From Acidobacteriota bacterium (GTDB taxonomy: Bacteria > Acidobacteriota > Vicinamibacteria > Vicinamibacterales > UBA2999): a DNA stretch of 64,000 nucleotides. Shown one piece after another: positions 23,293-32,317 of this stretch. Both the position numbers and the translations under genes were made by a program. The stretch is from positions 5,923 through 69,922 of the forward strand of contig JBQTIE010000178.1 of the NCBI GenBank assembly GCA_052389315.1. Direction: 5' to 3'. Numbering within the stretch: the first letter of the stretch is position 1; every line of letters starts with the position of its first letter. The notes beneath the pieces were generated by a model. The model was not told the origin of the DNA. It made no database searches and was given only the letters and a program-made list of their open reading frames with translations.

Positions 23293-24462
23293 ATGTATTT
23301 CACGCATCTCGAATGTTCCAGCCGCTGCGGCGCCGGCCCCTTCGACCCTCGCGAGCCGCACTTCCTCTGCCCATCGTGCGCGCTGCCGCTCTTCGCGCGT
23401 TATGACCTGACGGCCGCTCGGGCGTGGCGTCGGGAGTCGCTGGTCGGCCGTCCGCCGACGATGTGGCGGTACCGCGAGCTCATGCCGCTGCTGCCGGGCG
23501 ATGCTCCGGTGTCGCTCGGCGAAGGGTACACACCCCTGATTCACGCGCACCGGCTCGGCGGTGAGCTCGGCTTGGACCGCCTGTTCATCAAGGACGAGTC
23601 GCCCAATCCGACCAACTCGTTCAAAGCCCGCGGCCAGTCGGCGGCCATCACTCGCGCGCGCGCTCTCGGGGCGACGACGATCGTCCTGCCCACGGCGGGG
23701 AACGCCGGCAACGCGGCGGCCGCCTATTCCGCCGCCGCCGGTCTCGCCTGCCAGGTCTTCATCCCCAAGGACGCCAAAACACCGTTCATCGAGGAGTGCC
23801 GCCTCTACGGCGCGGAGGTGACGCTGGTCGACGGCTTGATCACCGAGGCGGGCCGGATGGCCGCCGAGCGCGGCAAACCCCTCGGCTGGTACGACGTCTC
23901 CACCCTCAAGGAGCCCTACCGCGTCGAGGGCAAGAAGACGATGGGGTACGAACTGGCCGAGCAGTTCGAGTGGACGCTGCCCGATTGGATCGTCTATCCC
24001 ACCGGGGGCGGGACGGGTCTGGTCGGGATGTGGAAGGCGTTCGAGGAACTCGAAACGATTGGGTGGATCGGCTCCAAGCGTCCGCGCATGGTCTCGGTCC
24101 AGGCGGACGGCTGTGCGCCGATCGTCCGCGCGTTCGATCAAGGCACGGCAAGGGCCGAGCCCTGGATCAACGCGCACACGGTCGCCGACGGGCTGCGTGT
24201 CCCGCGCGCCATCGGCGATTTTCTCATTCTCGACGCCGTGCGACAGAGCGGGGGGACGGCGATCGCCGTGTCGGATCGCGACCTGGTGGCCGACATGCTG
24301 GCGATTGGCCGATTCGAGGGCGTCAGCGCCGCGCCCGAAGGGGGCGCGGCCTTGAGCGCGATCAGAACGCTGGTGGGCCAACACCGGATCGCCCGCGACG
24401 AAACCGTGGTGCTGTTCAACACGGGCGGCGCGCTCAAGTACCTCGACGTGCTGCGGTCCTGA
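23293..24462 (+). CDS. thrC: threonine synthase-family PLP enzyme with N-terminal zinc ribbon
   Basis: MYFTHLECSSRCG...FLCPSCALPL zinc ribbon. PLP lysine motif NPTNSFKARG, then LPTAGNAGNAAAAY. ATG 23293 preferred over ORF-track 23191. Confidence 0.8.
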   Translation: MYFTHLECSSRCGAGPFDPREPHFLCPSCALPLFARYDLTAARAWRRESLVGRPPTMWRYRELMPLLPGDAPVSLGEGYTPLIHAHRLGGELGLDRLFIKDESPNPTNSFKARGQSAAITRARALGATTIVLPTAGNAGNAAAAYSAAAGLACQVFIPKDAKTPFIEECRLYGAEVTLVDGLITEAGRMAAERGKPLGWYDVSTLKEPYRVEGKKTMGYELAEQFEWTLPDWIVYPTGGGTGLVGMWKAFEELETIGWIGSKRPRMVSVQADGCAPIVRAFDQGTARAEPWINAHTVADGLRVPRAIGDFLILDAVRQSGGTAIAVSDRDLVADMLAIGRFEGVSAAPEGGAALSAIRTLVGQHRIARDETVVLFNTGGALKYLDVLRS

Positions 24463-24774
24463 AGCATTGCCACGCGCGTCGGCCGGCCGCCACAACTCGT
24501 GGACGCCCCTCGAGTACCGCTTCGGCGAATGTCGAGACGTGCTGACGAGACTTCGCAGGACGAAGCACGAGCGAGGCTTCGCCGCCGACTGGAGAGCTGA
24601 AACCTGCGGGCGCCGGCCTCCCAAGAAACTACCGTTTGGCGGGACAGTTTCTGACGCGATGTGTCCCGGGCCCGCCCGGGTGCGCCGCTCGCTAGGGGCA
24701 GTGTTGGCTGGCCCGGCCTCGGCCAGGCGAGAGAACTTGGCTCAAGTGGCTGTTCATCGGCAGAGCCAGGTGTT

Positions 24775-25857
24775 CTAGTCCCCGAACCCGATGCCGATGG
24801 CGCGTGCCGTCAGCAGGAGATCGTAGTCAAGCGGCACCGTCTTGGTTTTCCCCACGATGTCTGCGAGCGGGATGTCGACGATGTCGGGCGGATGGTTCGC
24901 GACCATCCGCCCATGAATCCCTTGGGCGAGCAAGTCGACCGCTTTGCCGCCAAGCCGCGTCGCCAGGACCCGATCGAACGCCGTCGGCGCGCCGCCGCGT
25001 TGCAGGTGCCCCAGGACGACAGACCTGGTTTCCTTCCCTGTTGTCTCCTGCAGCACCTCGGCGACCACGGCACCGACTCCCCCAAGCCGCTCCACGTGCC
25101 CATGACGGGCTTGCTCGACGAGGGTCACCGACCCGCCACTCGGCTTGGCCCCTTCCGCCACGACGACGATGCTGAAGCGGGCGCCAAAGGCCTCGCGTTG
25201 TCGAACGCGCGCGGCGACGCGGTCGAGGTCGTAGGGAATCTCGGGGATGAGGATGATGTCGGCTCCGCCGGCCACGCCCGCGTGCAGCGCGATCCAACCC
25301 GCGTAGCGCCCCATGACCTCGACCACCATGATGCGGCGGTGCGCCTCGGCGGTCGAATGCAGCCGGTCGATGGCGTCGCACGCAAAGGCCACGGCCGTGT
25401 CGAACCCGAACGAGCTCGTCGTTCCCCAGATGTCGTTGTCGATGGTCTTCGGCACCCCGACCAGCGGAATCCCCTTGAGTGCGAACTGGTGGGCGATGTG
25501 GAGCGTCCCGTCTCCCCCGATGACGACGAGCGCGTCGAGGGCCATCTCGCGGAACGTCTCGAGCACCTTGCCCGAGTAGTCGGCGGCTGGCCCGGACCTG
25601 CCGGTGGGATACTCAAACGGGTTGCCGCGGTTCGTGGTCCCCAGAATCGTGCCGCCGATCCGCAGGATGCCCGTCACGTCGCTCGGCGTGAGCACCCGCG
25701 TTCGCGTCGGATCCAGAAGTCCGTCGAAGCTGTCCTCGACGCCCACGACCTCCATGCCGGCATTGACACCCGCCTTGACCACGGCGCGAATGACCGCATT
25801 CAGGCCAGGCGCATCGCCGCCACCGGTCAAGACGCCAATACGCTGCGCGGGAGCCAT
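24775..25857 (-). CDS. pfkA: 6-phosphofructokinase (phosphoryl donor not certain)
   Basis: 360 aa. RIGVLTGGGDAPGLNAVIRAVV, VVIGGDGT, VPKTIDNDI and VVEVMGRYAGW motifs. Confidence 0.93.
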   Translation of the reverse strand: MAPAQRIGVLTGGGDAPGLNAVIRAVVKAGVNAGMEVVGVEDSFDGLLDPTRTRVLTPSDVTGILRIGGTILGTTNRGNPFEYPTGRSGPAADYSGKVLETFREMALDALVVIGGDGTLHIAHQFALKGIPLVGVPKTIDNDIWGTTSSFGFDTAVAFACDAIDRLHSTAEAHRRIMVVEVMGRYAGWIALHAGVAGGADIILIPEIPYDLDRVAARVRQREAFGARFSIVVVAEGAKPSGGSVTLVEQARHGHVERLGGVGAVVAEVLQETTGKETRSVVLGHLQRGGAPTAFDRVLATRLGGKAVDLLAQGIHGRMVANHPPDIVDIPLADIVGKTKTVPLDYDLLLTARAIGIGFGD

Positions 25858-25864
25858 CGCGAGG

Positions 25865-25873
25865 ACTATACCA
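25865..25873 (-). promoter_or_regulatory. extended -10 (TGgTATAGT) 7 nt upstream of the pfkA ATG
   Basis: Minus strand reads ggaTGgTATAGTcctcgcgATG. No SD fits in the 7-nt gap. Confidence 0.5.
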
Positions 25874-25882
25874 TCCTGGTTT

Positions 25883-25912
25883 TTCCAAAGGCGCGCACTG
25901 CTGTGCTATACT
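25883..25912 (+). promoter_or_regulatory. weak promoter candidate for the FN3-protein gene
   Basis: TTCCAA, 18 nt, TATACT. The -10 ends 106 nt upstream of ATG 26019. Confidence 0.3.
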
Positions 25913-26018
25913 CCTGTCGCTTCCAACCCGAGGATTCTCCCAGCCCTCGACAACAATCAATGAACGCCCGCCGGATGTACTGGTCCGGCAGCCTTGGTGA
26001 AACAGAAGGACTGTACTG

Positions 26019-27077
26019 ATGAAGCTGATGAGAACTTGCCTTGTCACGGGAGCCTTGATCCTCGGTGGCCTCTTTGCCACTGAGGCTGCCGCCCAACCTC
26101 CGGTCCTTGCGTTTTCGCAGAACGGAAATCGAGTCACACTCAATTGGACCCCAGTCGCCGGAGCGACCGCCTACGACCTCATCGTGACCGGCACGATCGC
26201 GGGCCAGTTCTCTCTCCCCGCGTCGTTGACGTCCGTCAGTGTTGACGCGCCCCCCGGAAGCTACAACGTCCAGGTGCGCGGCACGGCGGGGAGCGTGCAG
26301 GGCCCCCTGTCGAACATCATCGCGATCCTCATCGGCGTCGTGCCGCCGCCGTGCACCCCGCCAGTAGCGCCCACCGCCACCGCAGTGGTCACCGGCGGGA
26401 GCGTCACTATCAACTGGACGGCCATCGCCGGCGCCTCTTCGTACACCGTGCAGTTCAGCCGGTTCCCGGGAGGCACGGAACTGTCTGTCAATGCTTCGGC
26501 TACCCAGACCTCCGTCGGCCAGTATGTGGGACTGGTGGGGACCTTCTACGCCCGAGTTGTCGTGATCACGCCCTGCGGGAATGCGACGTCGGCGGAAGTG
26601 GCGTTTACGGTGACCGACCTGACATCGGGCGGCCCGCGCACGCCGGACCCGGCCCCGGGACAGCTGCTGCCGGTGCCGGGCTATGGAGCATCCGTCGTGC
26701 AATCGGTGGCGGGCCAGTTTCCCGGTGATCTCTTCAATTCCTGTCGAGAGCACGGCGGCAACAACAACTTCATGTTCCGCGTGCTGTCGGAGCTCCGCAA
26801 GCGGGATTCACGCTGGGGGCTGAACGACAAGCGCGGCCAGGCAGGAGACTTGTCCCAGGACATCATCTCCTACAACCCGACGAACCGACCGGACAACGGC
26901 GAGTCACAGATCTACCTGTTCGATATTATCTTTAGTCACTGCGGAAGCAACCCGGGCTGGAACTGGGCCGATGTGACGGCGGCCACCTGGGCCGGGCGAG
27001 GCAGTTCCGCGTGCGGCACGGAGTGGTGCGCCCGCTGGACCATCGACGCATACGTCAGAGCCGGCTTCACCCCATAA
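26019..27077 (+). CDS. secreted protein: two FN3-like repeats plus unknown C-terminal domain
   Basis: Signal peptide [26 protein letters not shown]. Repeats are [18 protein letters not shown]...YNVQVRG and [18 protein letters not shown]...[16 protein letters not shown]. The C-terminal part of about 150 aa matches no family I recognise. Confidence 0.75.
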   Translation: MKLMRTCLVTGALILGGLFATEAAAQPPVLAFSQNGNRVTLNWTPVAGATAYDLIVTGTIAGQFSLPASLTSVSVDAPPGSYNVQVRGTAGSVQGPLSNIIAILIGVVPPPCTPPVAPTATAVVTGGSVTINWTAIAGASSYTVQFSRFPGGTELSVNASATQTSVGQYVGLVGTFYARVVVITPCGNATSAEVAFTVTDLTSGGPRTPDPAPGQLLPVPGYGASVVQSVAGQFPGDLFNSCREHGGNNNFMFRVLSELRKRDSRWGLNDKRGQAGDLSQDIISYNPTNRPDNGESQIYLFDIIFSHCGSNPGWNWADVTAATWAGRGSSACGTEWCARWTIDAYVRAGFTP

Positions 27078-27096
27078 TCCAGCCACGACCTTCACT

Positions 27097-27144
27097 GAGC
27101 CTCAGCCACGCGACCCTCACCCGCGGCTGAGGCTCTTTCCTTTC
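27097..27144 (+). terminator. intrinsic terminator after the FN3-protein gene
   Basis: Perfect 11-bp stem GAGCCTCAGCC / GGCTGAGGCTC with a 17-nt loop, followed by TTTCCTTTC. Begins 20 nt after the stop codon. Confidence 0.65.
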
Positions 27145-27174
27145 GCCCGCCAGTCCGGGTACAAACATACCGTC

Positions 27175-28902
27175 ATGATTCGAAGGTTCCGATTCCGGCT
27201 GCCGGTGCTGGCGGCCCTGCTTACCCTTCCGCTGGCCACTCCGGTACTTGCAGAGTCAGTCGCGACCTGGTCCGTCGAACAGCTGTCCGCCTTTGCGACC
27301 ATCGTCGTGAGGGGCCACGTGACCGCCGTGACGAGTCGGTGGGACCCGGCCGTCAACGGACTGTATACCTATGCCTCCGTCGACGTGTCGGAGGTGTGGA
27401 AGGGTTCGCTGCAGGCTCCGACCATGGTCGTGAAGCTGCTTGGAGGGCAGGCGGACGGCATCGAACTGCGCATTCCGGGACAGGCTGAAATGCGCGCGGG
27501 CGATGAGCTGGTCCTGTTCCTAGAAGTACGACCTCGAGACGGCACGCTCTATCCCGTGGCGCTGTGGCAGGGTGTGTGGCATGTCGCTGAAGCCGCCGCA
27601 GGTGGCCCGCTGGCGTGGCGTACCGGTCCGGATGGACGTGCGCGCGACTTCCTGATTCTCTCGGTGTTGCGCGCCGCCGCGTCTGCGGCTCCTCCTTCCG
27701 TTGATCCTTTTGTCGCCGTCCCTCCGGAGTTTCCCGCCAACCTCGGCGTCAGCCTTTTTTCGTTCCTCCCGCCATCAGAAGGCGGCCCCGGACGATGGCA
27801 TGAAGCCGATTCTGCGACTCCCGTCAACGTGGACTATCAGGCTCCCCCACCGGGCCTTGGCGGGGGGTTGGCCGAGTTCGATGCCGCGCTCGCTCTCTGG
27901 AACACGTCAGGCATGACCCTGGCGCTGCAGCGCGGGGTGGCTCGCAGCCCGCGATGCCTCGCGACGTTCGAAGGCGACGGACGCATCTCGGTCGCATTCA
28001 ACGATCCGTGCGGCGAGATCAGCGACACCGGTTCGATCGTCGGACTCGGCGGCGCGTACATGACGCCGGCCTTCCGGGTCGTCGGTGGCGTGACCTTCGC
28101 GAAGATTGTCCAGGGAATCATCGTCCTCAACAACAGCGCCGGTGCGCTCACATTCCTGTCCCAGCGAGGCTGTTTCCAGGACGCGCTCACCCACAACCTT
28201 GGACACGCGATCGGCCTCGGCCACTCGACCGTGGCGACTGCGATCATGTGGCCCGACCCGCAGGCGACCTGCATGACCAACCCCTCGACGCTGGCGGCCG
28301 ACGACATCGCCGGCGCCAGGGCGATCTACCCGACAGGGACGACCTTCGCCGTGCCCGGCCCACCGTCGGGGTTGAGCGCGACGGTGAGCGGCACGTCGGT
28401 CACGCTCTCGTGGGTCGCCCCGACCGGCGGAGGGGCCCCCACCACCTACGTCATCGAGGCCGGATCGGCAACCGGGCTCTCAAACCTCGCAAACGTTCCC
28501 ACCAACAGCACGCAGCCCGGCGCTGGGTTCACCAACGTCCCGGCCGGGTTGTATTTTGTGCGGGTCCGTGCGAGAAACGCCGTCGGCACCAGCACGGCCT
28601 CGAACGAGATTCAGCTCGCCGTGGCGTGTGCCGCCCCCCTGGCGCCCTCGAATCTGGCGTTTACCAAGGTCGGCAGTCAGGTCACCTTCAGCTGGGTGGC
28701 CCCCCCGGGCGTGCCGCCTGAGGGCTATACACTGGTCGTCGGCAGCGCCCCCGGTCTCGAGAACCTCCTCGTGGTCAACCAGGGACCTGTCACGGGACTC
28801 ACCGCAACCGGTCCGCCGGGCACGTATTTCGTCCGCGTGAAGAGTCGGACCGCATGTGGTCTGAGCGATGCTTCGAACGAAGTGATGGTTGTGCTGCCCT
28901 GA
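27175..28902 (+). CDS. secreted matrixin-like (M10) domain protein with Glu-to-Asn active-site substitution and two FN3-like repeats
   Basis: Signal peptide. [11 protein letters not shown] in place of HExxHxxGxxH, Met-turn AIMWP, then [15 protein letters not shown]-terminal repeats VTLSWVAP...[14 protein letters not shown] and VTFSWVAP...[14 protein letters not shown]. Confidence 0.8.
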   Translation: MIRRFRFRLPVLAALLTLPLATPVLAESVATWSVEQLSAFATIVVRGHVTAVTSRWDPAVNGLYTYASVDVSEVWKGSLQAPTMVVKLLGGQADGIELRIPGQAEMRAGDELVLFLEVRPRDGTLYPVALWQGVWHVAEAAAGGPLAWRTGPDGRARDFLILSVLRAAASAAPPSVDPFVAVPPEFPANLGVSLFSFLPPSEGGPGRWHEADSATPVNVDYQAPPPGLGGGLAEFDAALALWNTSGMTLALQRGVARSPRCLATFEGDGRISVAFNDPCGEISDTGSIVGLGGAYMTPAFRVVGGVTFAKIVQGIIVLNNSAGALTFLSQRGCFQDALTHNLGHAIGLGHSTVATAIMWPDPQATCMTNPSTLAADDIAGARAIYPTGTTFAVPGPPSGLSATVSGTSVTLSWVAPTGGGAPTTYVIEAGSATGLSNLANVPTNSTQPGAGFTNVPAGLYFVRVRARNAVGTSTASNEIQLAVACAAPLAPSNLAFTKVGSQVTFSWVAPPGVPPEGYTLVVGSAPGLENLLVVNQGPVTGLTATGPPGTYFVRVKSRTACGLSDASNEVMVVLP

Positions 28903-28932
28903 GCATCTCGAGAAGGCCGCGGGTCGCCGCCC

Positions 28933-30339
28933 GTGGATAAGGACGACACCACACCTCCTGTCACCGTGCGTGCCCGCATTGACCTCGTCGTCTTGATCGG
29001 CGCCCTGATCGCAGCCGCGGCGGCGGTGCGTCCGCTCGAGCCCGTGGTTCTTGGGGCCTATCTCCTCGGCGCCGCCGGCCTGCTCGCCATGCACGTGGGC
29101 CTGCGCGCGGAGTTCGGCCGTGGCGTGGCGCTGCTGACCACGCTCCTCGTCTTCGGTGCGACGTCGCTCTTCTGGTCGATGACCCGCGCGGGCCAGTTCA
29201 TCGATGCCGCGTTCTTCGGCGTCGTGGCTTTGCTGAACCTCGAATCCGGATCGCGCGGGCGCATCGCATGGCGGGTCAGGATCATGATCTTGGGCATCAT
29301 GCCCGTCATCCCTGTGATGGCGAGAAGCGAGGCGTCGCCTTCTGTCCCCATACCCCTGGCATGGCTGGGCATGCTGTTCTCCTCGTCGCACGGGCTGCTG
29401 TCTCTGACTCCCGTGGTGTACATCGCCGTCATCGGACTCGCGCTGACCGTTCGCCGCCATCCACGTCGGACGGCGATCGCCTTGGGGGTTTCAGCCTGGT
29501 GGCTCCTGGTTGGCAGCCTGGCACACCCTGGTGGTCTTGGCTCACCGTTTGGTCATGGCATGACGGGCGTCCTGCCATTGTTGGCCCTTGGCCTGGCTTC
29601 CGTGATCGAGTGGGCGCGCCGCCATCCCACCTGGGCCCTGGTGCCCCTGCTCGCCGTGGCCCTCGCCTGGAACTACTGGCTGATGGTCCAATTCACCACA
29701 GGCACGCTGCCGAAGGACGCCCCCGTGCGCTTCGCGAGTCTCGTGCGGCAGCAGGCGGACGTGCTGACCCGATCGGCCTGGCTCTATCCCTTTTCGCTGC
29801 CCGCCAGTTGGTGGTTCGCGTGGCGTGAGGGGATGCCCGCCGATCGGTATGAGCTGCTGGCGCACCAACCGCGTCAAGCCTCGGTGGATCTGATCCTCGA
29901 TCGCGGCGCGGACCGGTACCTCCTGGAGGGTTGGGTGGCACCGGGACCAGATGATCGCGCGGCGCTCCGCTGGATCGATCAGCGCCGGGCGAGCCTGGCC
30001 GTGCCGATGGCCGTGCCGACGAACCAGGACATGCACATCGAGGTCACGCTGCGCGCACGCCTGGAGGACCCGCCCGTACTGGTGACCCTGGGGCTCGAGC
30101 TGAACGGCCACGAGATGGGGCGACTCACGGTGCAGGGCCACGTCACGACGGAACGCCGTGTTCGTGTGCCGGGCGTTGGTCGCCCGTGGCGCACGGGCTA
30201 CAATCGGATTACGTTTGTGAGTTATGGTGTCGCGCGCGTTGACCCCAACGATCAGCGGCCCCCCGGCCCGTTGGGCCGGCGGTCTGCGGACCAGGCGTGG
30301 CCGGTCGCGCTCTACCGGTTGCGCATCACCCCCAACTGA
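28933..30339 (+). CDS. polytopic membrane protein with C-terminal soluble domain (possibly GT-C/PMT-like)
   Basis: 468 aa, GTG start. About 8-9 hydrophobic helices over the first 280 aa or so, then a soluble domain of about 180 aa. Central helices loosely recall ArnT/PMT_2 proteins, but I see no N-terminal acidic loop. The function call is tentative. Confidence 0.55.
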   Translation: MDKDDTTPPVTVRARIDLVVLIGALIAAAAAVRPLEPVVLGAYLLGAAGLLAMHVGLRAEFGRGVALLTTLLVFGATSLFWSMTRAGQFIDAAFFGVVALLNLESGSRGRIAWRVRIMILGIMPVIPVMARSEASPSVPIPLAWLGMLFSSSHGLLSLTPVVYIAVIGLALTVRRHPRRTAIALGVSAWWLLVGSLAHPGGLGSPFGHGMTGVLPLLALGLASVIEWARRHPTWALVPLLAVALAWNYWLMVQFTTGTLPKDAPVRFASLVRQQADVLTRSAWLYPFSLPASWWFAWREGMPADRYELLAHQPRQASVDLILDRGADRYLLEGWVAPGPDDRAALRWIDQRRASLAVPMAVPTNQDMHIEVTLRARLEDPPVLVTLGLELNGHEMGRLTVQGHVTTERRVRVPGVGRPWRTGYNRITFVSYGVARVDPNDQRPPGPLGRRSADQAWPVALYRLRITPN

Positions 30340-31361
30340 TGGCCGAGCCCGACCAGCCGACTCCCCCAAGTGAGGCACGCGCCGGCGTGGTCGGCCGGCC
30401 ACTCGTGTCGGTGATCGTTCCCGTCTACAACGCCGCGGGGTTGGTCCCCGCGTGTCAGACCGCCCTCGCGCCGGTCCTCGATACGATGCCCGGCGGCGCC
30501 GAGGTGCTGTACGTGGACGATGGATCCACCGATGGCACGCTCGAGGCGCTGCGCGCCGTGCAGGCAGCCGACGCGCGGATCCGCGTCGTGGAGCTGGCGG
30601 CCAACTTCGGACAGCACGCCGCGTTCACCGCCGGCTTCGAACACGCCCGGGGCCGCTACCTGGTGACGCTCGATGCGGATCTGCAGTGCGATCCCGCCGA
30701 TATCCCACGCGTCGTCGAACCGCTGACCCGCGGGTATGACCTTGTCAGCGGCGTTCGCCGCCAGCGTCAGGACCCTCCCGCGCGTCGACTCTTTTCGCGC
30801 ATCATGACCGCCTTGGTCACTCGGCTCGCCCGCGTGCAGTTGCGCGATATCGGTTGCCCGTTAAACGCCTTCACGGAGGATGTGGCCAGGAGCCTGGCTG
30901 CCTTCGGCGAGCTGCGGCGGTTTCTCAAGCCGCTGGCCGTCCGGGTCGCAAAACACGTCACCGAAGTGGAGGTCGCGCACCGGCCGCGCCCGGCAGCCCG
31001 GACGGGCTCGTCCTACTCGGCCACCGGCCTGGTCCGACTCTTCATGGATTTCTTCGTGAACGCTCTTGGCGACGTCTTCGCCTGGGTGTTCCTCCTGGGC
31101 GTCTCTGTCGCCGCAGCGCTGACGGTGGCCTCGCTCGCCACCGTCGCCTTGGCCGGACTCGACCTCGTGGCCCCGGCGCTCGCCGCCGTGCTGTTCCTTC
31201 TGGCGATTCAAGCTGCGCTGCTGGCGCTTTTTGGTCTGGCGGGTGATTACGTTCAACGAATCTATCGCCAGAGTTCCGGCCGGCCCTTCTACCTCGTCCG
31301 CCGAATCCACGAGTCGCCGACCGCAAGCGCCGCACTCGCGCGGCCAGGGCTCGCGCGTTGA
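30339..31361 (+). CDS. GT2 polyprenyl-phosphate glycosyltransferase (ArnC/GtrB/DPM1-like)
   Basis: VSVIVPVYNAAG, YVDDGSTDGT and TLDADLQCDP motifs, plus two C-terminal TM helices typical of the Und-P sugar synthase subgroup. The ATG shares its A with the upstream TGA. Confidence 0.85.
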   Translation: MAEPDQPTPPSEARAGVVGRPLVSVIVPVYNAAGLVPACQTALAPVLDTMPGGAEVLYVDDGSTDGTLEALRAVQAADARIRVVELAANFGQHAAFTAGFEHARGRYLVTLDADLQCDPADIPRVVEPLTRGYDLVSGVRRQRQDPPARRLFSRIMTALVTRLARVQLRDIGCPLNAFTEDVARSLAAFGELRRFLKPLAVRVAKHVTEVEVAHRPRPAARTGSSYSATGLVRLFMDFFVNALGDVFAWVFLLGVSVAAALTVASLATVALAGLDLVAPALAAVLFLLAIQAALLALFGLAGDYVQRIYRQSSGRPFYLVRRIHESPTASAALARPGLAR

Positions 31362-32317
31362 CGGTCACACGGCTGCCGGTCGGCGAGATCCCCAGCCTGC
31401 AAGACCTGATTCACGAGTACGCGTTCAAGCCGTATCGAAATTATCGCGTGCTGCCTCGGCAGGCCCAAACCGCCGTGCTCATGGCCGAGATCGAAAGCAC
31501 GGCCAATCACGACGACGGCATGGTGTGGCAGATGACGAGCGGGCTTGCACGTGCGGTGGCTGTCTCGAGGCGCCTCCGCTGGGACAGCGAGTTTTTTGGC
31601 GTGCGGATGGGACGGATCGAGTACCTGATGGCGTCCGACGCGGCGTTGGCGGCTCCGGCTCTGGCGCACGCGATCGAGGCGCTTGCCGAAAAGGGAGTGC
31701 GGCACGTGAGCGCCCGCGTGGATGTCGCCGACGTCGAGTCGATGCACGTGTTTGAAGCCTCTGGCTTTCGGCTGATGGATGCCCTGGTCACCTACACGAC
31801 ACGGCCACGGAAGGAGCCGCCGAATCCCGTCCGCCAGGTGGGCACGATCCGACCGTTTCAATCAGGCGACCGCACCGAGCTCCTGCAGATCGCTGCGGAG
31901 GCGTACGCGGGGTTTCGCGGCCGGTTCCACCTCGACGCGCATCTCGCCAAGGACCGCTGCGACGCGTTCTATGCGGAGTGGGCCGCGCAGTGCCTGAGCG
32001 GCGCCATGGCCGACATGCTGCTCGTGTCCGAGGGGGGCGATGGCCGACTCCTGGGCTTTCTGGCCTTCAAGCGGCGAGAGCCGGTCTCCACCGTGGGCGG
32101 CGTGCCGGTGTTCGGCGGTGGGCTCGGGGCCTGTCGCCGCGACTCCCCCGGTGCCTACGCGGGCCTGATCCGGGCAGGCACCGTCTGGGCGCACGAGCAC
32201 AACGGCGTCGCCGAGTGCCAGACGCAGAACTACAACTTCTCCACCATTCGGATCTACGAGGCGGTCGGCGCCCATTACGTGCGGGCAGAGTACACGCTGC
32301 ATCGTTGGCTCGAGTGA
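31358..32317 (+). CDS. WecD-like (TDP-aminosugar) GNAT acetyltransferase, two-domain
   Basis: 319 aa. TTG start overlaps the GT2 stop (TTGA). LRWDSEFFGVRMGRI N-domain and a C-terminal GNAT core. Family assigned from memory of WecD-type proteins. Confidence 0.6.
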   Translation: MTVTRLPVGEIPSLQDLIHEYAFKPYRNYRVLPRQAQTAVLMAEIESTANHDDGMVWQMTSGLARAVAVSRRLRWDSEFFGVRMGRIEYLMASDAALAAPALAHAIEALAEKGVRHVSARVDVADVESMHVFEASGFRLMDALVTYTTRPRKEPPNPVRQVGTIRPFQSGDRTELLQIAAEAYAGFRGRFHLDAHLAKDRCDAFYAEWAAQCLSGAMADMLLVSEGGDGRLLGFLAFKRREPVSTVGGVPVFGGGLGACRRDSPGAYAGLIRAGTVWAHEHNGVAECQTQNYNFSTIRIYEAVGAHYVRAEYTLHRWLE

